This document shows, piece after piece, positions 1-12,489 of a stretch of 64,000 nt of DNA. The notes under the pieces were generated by a model. The model worked only from the letters and a program-made list of their open reading frames with translations, was not told the origin of the DNA and did not search any database. The position numbers were made by a program, and so were the translations under genes. Source of the DNA: Tubiluchus corallicola (taxonomy: Eukaryota > Animalia > Priapulida); the NCBI GenBank assembly GCA_030141605.1, contig JAQGDQ010000043.1, positions 682,001 to 746,000 on the forward strand. The letters run 5' to 3'. Each line of letters begins with the position of its first letter. Within the stretch, counting starts at the first letter, position 1.

Positions 1-327
1 TCTTCCTGGTGTTTTAATTTTAAACGGAAACTTAAAGTGTATAATCAATGCGTTAAAAATTGTTTTGTACATGTCGCTGCACCTTGCTTTATGTTGCTTG
101 CTCCCCCTAACTCTAGAACCTGACTATGTTCCTGCCCGCTTTTAGATTTCTTTCTACACTCTACAGATACCAAACACAAAAGTTATGCTAATTCTGAATC
201 TTTCCTAGTACAGCTAATGTTACTGTCTGGCAGTGTTTGTTTAAACAAAACGACACGTCACTAATTACACGTGGATAAAAATTCAAGGAAATTCTGTATG
301 TTGTAATAAAAGTTTTTTTTTCGCTAC

Positions 328-3300
328 CTCAGAAGTTTGCAATGTTTTCCAATGGATGCCATTACATTGTCAGTCACACTACTAACTAAGGAAAGATCCA
401 AGTACTCCAATTTGAGCAAACATGTCAAATAATACAGGTGCGACTCCGTCACTGTGAACACAAAATAATAAATTTATAATAAGAAAATAAAATTTCCACA
501 CTGTATGTTTCCAAACATACATGAACTTAAAAAAATATTGTCATTATTATTATTATTTATTCGAACATATTCCTACATAAATATTATTAGAAAAAAGTAT
601 ATCTAAATTCTAAAGTATATATAAAATTACGATTTCATAACATACGAATGTAGTACAGGTGGTTGTCAATTTACGACTACAGTTTATTCTGCAGGATTGG
701 TCGTAAGATGACTTGGATGCAAGTCAGATCTGTGTGTTCGAGCACTGTGCTGTTACATATAAGATGTTGTGTGCACACTAAGTATGCCTACATATGAATT
801 TATCAAAACGGATAGTGTTTTGAAATGAATCTGCTTAAAAATAGACGGAAATATGAGTTACAATTTGTTCTTATAAAGTTGAGCAGTCATTCAGTTACAT
901 AGGTTGTAAGTCGATGACTATCTGTAGTGTACTTTGTAATGTATTTTTATAATACACATACAAATATGAAATAATTTTAATTGTATGTGTATAACTTTAG
1001 TTACTGTTTTCCTGCTTTATAAACTACCAAATTTATTATATCACATAAATTCATGGTTTTAAAAACTATAAGGATATCAAGCCATTATCTTGACATTACA
1101 AGATCACAACATGTTAATACAGTCGAATCCCGGTAGTAACATTCGGCTTATAACGAAATTTAGTACGACAAATTTATTATGTCCCTGCCAAGGTTATAAT
1201 AAAACCTATCTAATCACATTACTACGAAACTCGTTATTACGAAAACCCCATTTATACGACATTCCCAAAGTCCTGCCAGTATAATTTTAATACAAATAAA
1301 CACTTGTAATACAATTTCTGCAGTGGTCCACGCCATCTAGACTCTAGACACTCTTCGCCTGTTGTCACAGTAACCACAGCTACGTTTTTTACAACAATTA
1401 TGTGTCATAATGTAATGCAAACGCAATTTTTTGTCATAGCTTAGTTTAAATTAGTCAATACGTTCAGCAAAGTATTCAAAGTTTAACTGGCCTCATTAAC
1501 AAATTTTGTTTATAAGAACGTAAGAAAGTAAAATTACTGATTTATTCAAGCAATAAAATGTGAGTTAGTTAATTACAGCACATTTTTACTTTAAGGGAGT
1601 TTTTGAGGTTAAAAATTGTTACAATTTAAAAATTATTCATAGAAATGAGTGTACAAACAACTACCTGCAGTCAAATTGATTGCCAAAAGTCTTCTCACTG
1701 TCATAAAAATTGGCCATTACAGTTTAAAATAGTACATGTTACTGCCTGGCTTCCCATCCCTAAACAACAAGGCCTCGCTTACATATATCCAAGTGTAATA
1801 CCACAGCAGGGGCTGTATAGTAACGTTTTGTTGGGTAGGTTGTGATGTACAGTACATTACAGACTGTACATTCGCGGCAAAAACGTACTGCTGACTCTCT
1901 GGCACCACTAACCCCTTGCTTACTTTAGAGTTTAGACTAACCAGAGCAACTGACTGGTGACACATTGATATAACTTTGCAGTTTGTACTTATGTGAAACA
2001 GGGGGTTAAACAAACTTAAATTATGCTTTCCGACAAAAGAAAACCAAGGAAGAGGCTGTAAGTCTGTTAACTGCCATTTTACATTAGAAAAAAATTCTGT
2101 TTAATGGATAGTACAAAACCCGCTTGATATGAAAAAATATTTTGGTCCATGCAAAAATCGTATTAACGGGATTCGATAGTAGTTTATAATATCTTATGAG
2201 TTACGGATACTTACTCAACTAAATAAATGCACATAAGCAACCCAAATTATAAAGTCTAAAAAATTTTGCACCTTCCCCGGGACTCGAACCCAAGACCATC
2301 TGCTTCCCGGGCAACTATACAAACCATTATGCCACAAAGGCACTCGCAAATCAAATTATTTGGATTTATACACTTACAGTTAAAGATTCCGGCTAAGCTC
2401 ACTTTCTTCAGCTCGGTGAATCCCCATTTCATTTTAGTCAGAGAATGATCAGTGAGTGCCACACAATCCTTCAAATAAAGTTCCTGTAAACAAATTAATT
2501 AACCTATACTTCGTCAAAAGAAAAATGTTTTGAAACAAAAATTCAATTATCAGAACAATTTTAGTATTTTAGCAGAAATTTTTTTGTGCTTAAATTTATT
2601 TTAGTGTTTATAACATGTTGAATAAAAACAAGCATGTTCCACTGACTTATATTTAATCACGAACACGAGAATGCTTCACCTGCTGAGGCCGTTTGCCGGG
2701 TCAACCCCAAATTTATTAAAATTATAAGCAGAGTTTCAGAGCTTCATAACAGACTTAAAAACTGTTTCACTATGCACTGTTTTGAAAGTAGTTTCCAGTA
2801 TTTTTTGCGGTGTTCCCATCGTGGCACCTAATCATTGCAAAACTAGTTTTTGTTATATTTTAATGTGTTATTGAGGCCCCCAACTGATGCTGTCAAGTTG
2901 TTACTTGCAAAATACTGCTATGGTTTTATAAGTGGAATACACAACATATGGTGGTTTATCAATAATTTAAATTACTTATTAAATTAAAATGCAGCATTAT
3001 TTTGTTTGACTAAATTTTTCTCTAAATTTATATTTACATGTGTAAAATATTACACCTACAATATTAAGTTATTAATAAATTACATACCTGTAAATTTGGA
3101 ACACGTCGTGTGATATTGCTGATGCCTTCGTCCGTCAAGTTACTGCAATTATTCAATACCAAGCACTGCAGCATTGGTCGTAGTTGAAAGAAACACTGTA
3201 AAGTGCATAGCTTATTAAAGCCAAAACAAACCAAAAATTGCTATTGTGAACAAGCAAAAAATTTTCTTCAACAACATAGGAAAGTCTTCATAGTAGTAGT

Positions 3301-3504
3301 ACTTACCTTGCCCTTTAAGCGTCGATTATTAGTCAGGTTGACATACTTAAGTGAACGACAATTATGAAACAAGCTCCATAGTCCATTCTTATCAACGGAG
3401 TAGCAGTTTTCCAAACTTACTGACTAAAATACAAACACGTTGCAATTTTTAGTACATGTTTTGACATAACATATTAGCTATTAAGAAACACACTGCTACA
3501 CAGC

Positions 3505-3545
<41 letters not shown>

Positions 3546-6500
3546 CTGTGTAGCATATATATATCATTAATACACTACAGAGGTAAGTAAATATAAATAT
3601 AGGTAATGAGTAACAACAAAAATACATATACAAAACAATAAACAGTATACACAGTTTTGAATTAGTAAATACAAAAACATGTCACTCAGTCCATTTCTAG
3701 TGAAACAATCAATAAATAATCTATGTTGGCAGGTCCAGTAGATTTCATAAACTAGTTTTTCTTCTGCACTATAATTTAAATCCATTTCTTTACTTTCACT
3801 AAAAAAATCTATTTTTAAATAGTTTGCGGTTAGACTTCAGCAACAGTCAAAATTAGACTGGACCATTCAGAATGTTCAGTGACAATAGAATTTTGCTATT
3901 AGTTTGACTAGATGCGCATATACATCTTTAATGATCTTTTACAAAAATGTTAAGAAGGGGTATAGTTTTGGCTATGCAACAAGTCGTATTTGAATGGGAG
4001 TTGTACAGAATAGCTAAAATTCGCGGCAAAGATTTTCTAAATTCCACTGTTGTCAACTTAACGTTACTATTGGGTAGACAAAAGTACCACTTTCCACTAT
4101 ATTTGTTGTATATCAACTAGTAAATTGTATAGTATGCCTACAACTTACTACTACTAAATTAGATACAAGAATTCTGAAAAGAACAACCAATGAGGTAGGT
4201 TACACTATTACCTTACCTGTAATTTTGTGCACTTTTGACTGAGACGTGTGAGAGCAGCAGAACAGAATCTGACATTATTCAAGTTAATACATCGCAAGTT
4301 TGGACAAACATCTCCTAAACACAAGCGATAATATGAAAAAACATACGAAAAACTAATAAAATCACTATTCACATATGTTACATGTGGGAATGTTGTGCTT
4401 GATAGGGATGTAAGCCATTTAAACAATTACTGTGTCTAATAAAATGTGAGTAGATGGGCATGAAATTTTGATGCAGTGTTTTATACGGACTGAGAAAAAA
4501 CTTCTACAAATAATAATTAGAGTTCTTCAACCCATTACACAACTTTGCCAAGAGCCTTCCACTATGAGGTCAATTGCTATGATAGTTAATAGAGAATGCA
4601 TGCAGCTTTCCTTCTAAAACAATTCAACTTCACAACTAATCATATTCTTTAAAAATTATTTCAATATTCAGCAAAAACCAGAAATAACTTGTTTTGTAGA
4701 ATAATTTTGTGGCTTCATACAATTACACAACAGACCATAATATATAACCCATATCTCATTACTATGGTTCAACCCTACATGATCAAACTCTATGATGTGG
4801 ATACTTAGAAAATCACAAGATGGATGTTAAAGCTATCGCTATAATATCAAACCAAGAAAACTGTCTGTCATTATTTATGAGCTTTATCATCAGCAAACAA
4901 AGTTACCATAGCACAAACAAAGTTATAACAAAAATGTAATTTGATAAGCAGTAAAACCGTGCATGTGTTACTGCAGTTCCAGCATGTTGCTTTCACAGAT
5001 TTATAGCATGAAGTTTATAATTTTCAAGAGAAATTTATACCAATGATAAGCAGACTAGCAGACGTGAGAGCATATGGAGAACCTGATATATCAAGCTTCT
5101 GCAAAGAATTGCCACATTTCAACAAGAAGCTCTTCAGAAGGGCATCTGTTAAAGCTGAAAAGTCAATACAATAAGAGACATCTATTATCTGTGACACACA
5201 ACAATTATAAAATTGGGCTATCGTGCATCAATGTTCAGTAGATATTTTACATGGCATAATTAATGAGAAAAAGGTAATTCTCAAAAAATTGACAAATTTT
5301 GAGACTAAAATTGACAAAGCTTATGAAAGAAAACTATAAATACATTATATTTTAGAAAACATATTTGGAAAATGAATGGGCATAAATTCCAATAAAGCTC
5401 ACAAGAAACCCGTCATAGTTGCTGACTAGCAAGGCCATGCAGAACTTTTACGGTATACCACAAATATGACCCATTGCAATCACTAATCGCATTATTGTCG
5501 TCATAGCTATCATTGTCACTGTCGCCATCATTGTCATCAGACTTATTACCATCAGCTTTTTTCTTTTTGCTACCGTTATCATCATCTTTGCCATAATCTC
5601 CATTTTTATCACAATTATCGTAATCATCTTCAATTTTCATAAACAGCAACAATAATGACAAATGACATAATGATTACCATAAACAGTGACAATAAAATAA
5701 ACAAACAGCAGCAACAAGAAAGACAATAGTAACAGCACAAATGCATTAATAGTACAAACACATTTGTAACAACATGGCCTGCATTTGAAAGTGAAAATGC
5801 CACAAAATACACTGTGGACAAAAGAGATTAATTCAAATTATACTGGAACTGCCATACTGCCTCCCCCTAGTTCTCTTGTTGAGGAAAGTTATATACGCTG
5901 TGGAATGATACTAAGACAGCTTTGTCACATCAGTGTCTCACACAATCATCTTTAATATTAAGTACAGTTCCAGTCCCACCACAACACTACTACCATTTAA
6001 AACAATGTGAGTTTACTACTGAGAGCTAGGTAGCTTGATAACAAAAAAGTATCCTCTTAATGATATTGTTTGTTTCTTAGGTATTCTAAAGAAATTTTGC
6101 TTAAGCACAATACATACGGTACTTATCAAAAAGACTGAACATGCCGTTGAAGCTAAGAGATTTATCGCTTCTCCACATGGCTAGGGATAATGTATGCCAA
6201 CGATGACAAACCATTCCTATTCTTACTCTATCCTGAAAAAATATTTTCAAAATAGCACTTTAACATTTGAGCTCACGACACAAATTGCATTAAAATTATT
6301 TAAACTGTTCTTAATCTACAACTATTACCTACTAAAACAGTACTAAATTCCTATGATACCATAGGCCTGCATAGATGCAATTGGTATATATAAATATTGT
6401 TGCTAAGCAACGTATAACATACAAATTATTAATATGTGAAATATTATGTTGCAGTTTACCTTTAAGCACAAGAAACTAAATGTGTACATGAGCACATCAT

Positions 6501-8439
6501 CCGGGAGCATTTGGACGGGTGCCCAATCTTCAACATAATCAGGAGAAACTGATACCATGTTTGACTTCTGAAACCTTGTGTATTCATGCTTGAGGTCTAT
6601 GTGCCGAGATCGTTCTTGTGCAAATGCTTGATCTACAGAGACAGATCTTTTCTGATGTGCTGGAAGTTTTTGGTCTGTTGGCAGTGATATTCCCCTTCTT
6701 CTTACGTTAAAGCTATTCTTTCTCTGCAATATAAATATTTAAGCAAAGAACTATAATATATTACAATCACCGGTATGAGTTTACAATTCCTCACACAATC
6801 TAAATACCCTAACCCATCCTAACCCTAACTCGAACCTCATCCTTAATCCGCTTCACCAACTAATTTCTTTTGTGTTGGAAATTGTAAATTATAGTGCAAT
6901 CTTCTAAAACTTTTAGTCTAAAATGTTTCTATAACATACCACTGTCAATGTTATCACAAGCAAAGCATTATTATGAGAATTCATATAAAGAATGTGCTGA
7001 TTAACATACTCATTCTTTAAATGCTTAATACAAGTATCCATTTGACGCAAATATAATCAATTACTCTATTAAAATAAAATTTGAAAAAATGTCTTTAAAA
7101 GCAATTTGCCACTGAGTTGTTACAACGCAGGTGTTGCTAGTCATATAAATGGTAACTTATTTAAAACGAATACATTGGGCAGCTCTTTCTAAAAAAGTGA
7201 GAAGAATTCACAGTCCTAATGAAAAAAAAACCATGAAACAGATCTGCAATACTAGAACATTTAGCGTTTGTTGAATACAGTGTTGGCTTTCAGAAAACAG
7301 AAACTGCTGTGTCTTAAACATGGCAAAAGTCACATTTGTTGTATCTTATTGTGTTTCACATCCTCCAATGTAAAAAATTCAAGTTTTTTTCTGTCATATA
7401 ATCATTAATTAATACAAGTAACTCACATTTGAAACTTGTTTAGAGGTAGGCCTGAATGCTAACTGCACATGAAGAGTATGTCCTAAAAGATTCAATTCAG
7501 AATTTGGTAGGTTAATTACAGTCAAAGTGCTCTCGACATCAGCAAATGTCACAAAGGCGTGCCTAAAACATAAAAGTTGCACCATGCAATAGAGCCTTCA
7601 AGGAGTCCAGAGACTGACTGAAGCCAATCTGAGATCAAAATCAAAAAGTGAGTGCATTTCTGAATAGTTTTGTGTCTGGAAATTTTACTAATGACTAAGC
7701 AGAACTACAGGGACTGTATTTTCTACACTGCTATCAAGATAAAACTATCAAAAAAATGATGTTAAGCAATATCACACCTACCCTTTATGCCTCAAAAGAT
7801 GTCTGTTTTGCGGTATCCAAGCTCCAGAGACTCTTCCAAATTTTTCAAAAAATTTAATCAGATCCCGCATGTTAGCTTTGAAAGGAAAATTCCTGAAATA
7901 ACAAAGAAAAAACATCATGTCAATATGCCTAAGTACTGTAGAATGAATGTGTGTTTCCAATTTGCTTAGTTCAGCTCCATTGTTATCATTATGTCTAGCG
8001 CTAAACCTACGAACAGTCTGATTTAGATAATTTTCTACTGCGCAAATTTTAATGGTTTCCTTAATAGCTTTATACACAATCTGCATTAATGCACACAAGA
8101 CAAAAATTATAATGCGGCATCTGATAACAAGACAATTTGACTAACATGAAAGTAATCTAATGATAATTACTTTACGTAAATTCGATGTGAATCATATACA
8201 ACTGTGTCTTCATAAGTCTTTGTCAGCTGTGTTGACTTAGACGCCTCTGATGAAGGTGGGTCACAATTAGTTTCAATGGTACTAGATGGCAGTGAGGCCA
8301 TGAGTTGTGCTTCGGCTTCTAAACGCTTGAGGCGAACAACTACCTTAGGATCCTTGCGGTAATCATACTTGTAAGGCCTGGCTTTAATTCGGTCATTGCC
8401 CCAGTCTTCGTCTTCTTCATGGTTTTGATATTCCTCCAT
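328..8439 (-). CDS. RRM + F-box + leucine-rich-repeat protein (architecture like 'putative RNA-binding protein EEED8.10'); 3' end continues beyond the window start
   Basis: Frame-consistent GT-AG exons: 8439-8171, 7892-7782, 7562-7427, 6723-6460, 6232-6123, 5154-5041, 4314-4217, 3423-3307, 3195-3088, 2483-2378, 451-328. RRM: RNP2-like IYVRNFP and RNP1-like KGHAFVTF. F-box: LPDDVLMYTFSFLCLKDRVRIGMVCHRW. Cys-containing LRRs: CGNSLQKLDIS, CPNLRCINLNN, CRSLKYVNLT, LQELYLKDCVALTD, LEYLDLSLVSSVTD. Confidence 0.88.
1120..2179. mobile_element. Non-autonomous Tigger/pogo-type (Tc1/mariner) DNA transposon
   Basis: TA-flanked inverted termini CAGTCGAATCCCG ... CGGGATTCGATAG, with subterminal TATAACGA/TTACGA-like repeats; lies in an intron of the F-box gene. 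Confidence 0.7.
2266..2343 (-). repeat. tRNA-derived SINE head or tRNA pseudogene
   Basis: Minus strand has A-box TGGCATAATGG (2334-2324), B-box GGTTCGAGTCC (2290-2280), partial acceptor, anticodon and T stems, then a T-run. The D-stem is poor and the anticodon position reads GGG. A related degenerate copy lies at ~52930-53045. Confidence 0.6.
3505..3545. repeat. (TA)n(GA)n compound microsatellite
   Basis: Directly visible. Confidence 0.95.
5480..5745. repeat. Degenerate trinucleotide (CAT/CAA/AAT) low-complexity tract
   Basis: Visible tcatca/aacaat periodicity; it generates the spurious Asp/Asn-rich ORF 5413-5661. Confidence 0.75.
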
Positions 8440-9239
8440 TGTATTCCAAGCACCTGAAACAATCTGCAATTTATTAACATATTCTCTGAGCTTATCATCA
8501 TTGTTGTAATCCGCTTTCTTTTTCTATTACATTCAAACTTTAGTAATTAGTTATCTTCATATATAAATTCTAATTTAATTCATTTTCTCCATTAGTTTGC
8601 AATTTTCAAAATGATTTTTATACCGATTGCCCAAAGACAAACCAAATGGCACTCAAATTAGGGAACCATTTTTGAAAGTGAAAAAAATTAGTGCAGGTCA
8701 AGAAGAATAAAATTTTTATAACTGATTTGCTAGTGATAGGATACTTGTATTTGCTGATGATTTTCTTAAGACAAATAAGATTATAGTTAACAGAAAAATG
8801 TGTACTGTTTTAGCTTAGCGGCAATAATGTCATTATGAAAATTAACTGTTACTGAATATCTTGCCTTTCAAAATGCATCAATCAATTGACGATAAGTACT
8901 TCAGTTGATATAAATAAATAACATATGTTTAATTAAACAATTTCCAAAGTCTATAAGCAGGACCTATTCAATGGTCAGGGTGTTAGTTTCATAAATGTTT
9001 ACTTAAATATTACCATTTACATGAATAGCATAATTATCACAAGTAGCACAATAATCACCTAATAAGGCATAATATAAATTCAAGTTAGGTGCACCATAAT
9101 TTAGCATTATAGGTCTACATAAAGGGACTGGCTCTGTTAGCCAGTGAAAGCTAAGAGAGTCGTCCTCGTTGCTCACGTCTAGCAGCCTTATATAAATGTT
9201 TCCTTCATAAATTAATCTGAATAGTGGGCTTCATGCAAT

Positions 9240-10850
9240 GCATACTTGTACGGTCTGGAACTACCTACAGACCTATTCTAAGGACAAATCTAGGTTTACC
9301 ATTCAAGGCTATATTATAAGACTGCAGTTAAAGGAAAATTCATTAATAACAAAAAATGCTGGAGAAATTTCTTGGCGATTTTATAGATTAACACAAAAAG
9401 TAATTTTAACTCTGCGAACATATATGCGATTTCCCGACATTTTTGCTGATATTGCTCAATTCTTCTTCACAAATTAACTCATTATGGAATCTGAGGCATA
9501 CTTGGTTTGAGGCATGGCCAATACAGGGTTCCATATTGGGATCTCTGTTGTTTTTACTTTACATAAATGATCTAAGTAATTTATTACATAACTCGAACCT
9601 ATTTCAGTTTGCTGATGATACAACTCTATTTTTTAATCTCTCTTCTTATTTTATAGATGAGATGAGATGCTACCTGGAATTGCAGATTGGTTCACATCTA
9701 ACATGTTATATCTTAACCCCAACAAAACAAAATGCATGATTTTTCATAACAAAAACAAAAAACTTCCAAATGATATAAACATATATTATGATGGATCCTT
9801 GATTGAACTTGTAAATACTTTCAAATTTTTTGGAATAAGTCCTTCACGAAAATTTAAACTGGAAGCCTCATATAAACATGATAAGTCAAAAAATTGCAAA
9901 AACATTGTAATAATTTAATTTACCAAAAACAAACTATGTAAATTTCATTTATTATCTTTATATAATACATTAATTTTGCCTTACTTAACTTACTGTTGTG
10001 TGTTATAGGGCAGAACTTATCCTATGAACCTGGCTATCTTAAATAGACATCAAAGAAAATTTCTCCGCAACATGAATGGTCTCTCAAAATATACAACAGT
10101 ACAAGAGTAAATCATTATTTCGAAACAGTAGTATTTTAATTTTAGAAGATTTAATTTTATTTAACCTCTCTACACATATGTACAAAACGCATTTCGGTTT
10201 ATTTCCAACTACTTCCATTAATCCAGTATTACGTAACCAAACACAATATAGCACACGTTTTAATGAATATCGTAGAACATTGTAGAACAAATCTTGATAG
10301 ACATTTTTTTAAATTCACAGCCTCTTACAATGGAAAAATATTCCTCCAAATATAAAAAGCCGCAAATCTATAAATATTTTTTAAAAATCTTTGAAACGTC
10401 ATGTTTTTGTCTTGTCTAATATATACTTATAGTGAATAATTCACTTAGTTGGTGATTCGTATCGGTTGTTTACCATCATCCACTGATGGTTTCTTGTCAA
10501 AAATCAGTTGCAGCTAATGTGAACATGGTCATTTTCTTATTTTATGTTTTCTGTCCCTTCTTCTTTCCTTCTGTTTTCTTTCTACTAACTGCAACATAGC
10601 TCTTCTTTATTCTCTTCTTTTCTCATCATCTAGCTTCTTCATTCTTTATTTCACATTTCGTGGTGGCTTAACAAGGTCCCCTTTTTAGCTACCATGCGGA
10701 AAACTTCAACACCTTAATATAGTATTTCTAGGGAGTCAGAACTTCTTTTATTTTTTGCTGTTTTCAATTATACAAGAAGTTGTACATGTATATTTGTATT
10801 ACTATTAGTTGTTTGCTGGTGAAATAAACTGAATTTAATTTGAATTACTA
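9240..10850 (+). mobile_element. Decayed L2/CR1-group LINE, 3' part (RT and 3' UTR)
   Basis: QGSILGSLLFLLYINDL...FADDTT (RT core); WFTSNMLYLNPNKTKCMIF; multiple frameshifts; ends with AATAAA and GAATT-like tail near 10825-10850. Confidence 0.85.
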
Positions 10851-12489
10851 TGAATGTCTACTAGTTTAGTATTGCTTCTGCACTCCCTATATGCAGCTTG
10901 ACTTGGTGGAAAATTGCCATTCAATCTTTCACGTATACGTCTAATCATGCATATAGCCAAAATTTAGTATAATTGGTCCAAATCCAATAGCCCAAATTAT
11001 AATCACTAGTAGCAAGACGGGCATTCTTTCACAAACCTTCGTAATTTTTATGAAAGTTTCCCACGTTGAACCTGGCGGAACTAGAAAGTGGCAGAAACAG
11101 TAAGTTTTTTTAAACGAAGCTGAAGAATTTTCAGGTTTTTAACATTTTTATGGGTAAAAGTCACTTATTTAAGTACTTGTTGTATTTGATCATGATTGCG
11201 ATAGAAATTTTTGAAATAAGTTCTTCACTCTTGAAATAAACAATCTTGAAACGTCTTCCTTGAAGTTGTTTTATAAAATTAAAACAGGCAGGCGACTATT
11301 AATTAATACTAAGTATTAGTATTATTAAGGACTAGTAGTATTATCACAAATAATCGGCATATTAATTAATTTTAGGAGAGACATAATTGATAATTAGGAG
11401 ACAAATTAAAAAAGAATATGTGTGTGTATACGAGCTTTTAGCTTTGTCGTAATTATGCCTTACCTAAATAAATAGGTAGGTCATTTATTTCGCACATATA
11501 GTTGAATACAGTAATTACAACAACAACTAATGAAAACAAGCCAAATGCGAGTGCAACGTACGACCATGTGGACCTTTACACGCAGTGCTTAAAGTGTATT
11601 TATTTAGGTAAGGGGTCTCATGGCGAACAGAACAAGCAACAGCTAAATGCTTTTGGGGGAGCGTTATAAGCTGTGGGGCTTATACTTTCCTTGATTTTAC
11701 ACTTTTGAGACCTTTAATGGTGGAAAAAGGTCAGTTTAGTAAGCAATTTTTCAACCATTTTTCGACATTAAGGATACAAAATTTAGGTGTCAATTCAAAA
11801 ACAGCAATTGCTTTTTAATCAGTGAATTAAATAGTTTTCATCCACTAGCTTTTATACTTTACACGCTATCAGTCTTGGTCTATCCACGTCATTTATCCAT
11901 GTGGAATCACGGAGCAAACAAAATACAGCAAGGTGTATGTTTGTGAATATGTGTAAGCAGTTAACTATTTCCTATAAATAAGTTTTGGTTCTCAATATAT
12001 GTTATGTTATTTATGAACAAGATACATCTTACATAAATAATCTGATTTTGTATTTCCCACGATGAAATATGATATTTTTAAGTATTGCATTGTATATTAC
12101 AAATGGATGATTTTACGTTTACAATTTTCGTGTGCAATGCCTTATGTTTAACCATCTAAGGATGGTTTGCAATTTAGTTGAAGGATTTCTGGATGTATAG
12201 CCAAATCCCGATTGTCATTCATCTTTAATACATTGTTCATGAATATCGTTGAAACTCCTACTAGTGCTAGTGCTAAAATTACTTATCAAAACAATGTTGT
12301 TAGTGTTCTACACAAGTGTTGTACATAGTTATTATAATATTAGTAAGTCACTACATTGAAAGTACAAGAGTGTAATGAGTTTAGTTAACTTAGTAACTGA
12401 TATTGATAATTTAAAGAATTATTAATTAAAAGAGATTTGAAACATTACAGGATAAAATGTAGTATAAAGTACAAACAAAGACAGCAACA

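Noticed and set aside
5413-5821. Asp/Asn-rich and hydrophobic ORFs
   Set aside because: They come from a low-complexity trinucleotide tract within an intron.
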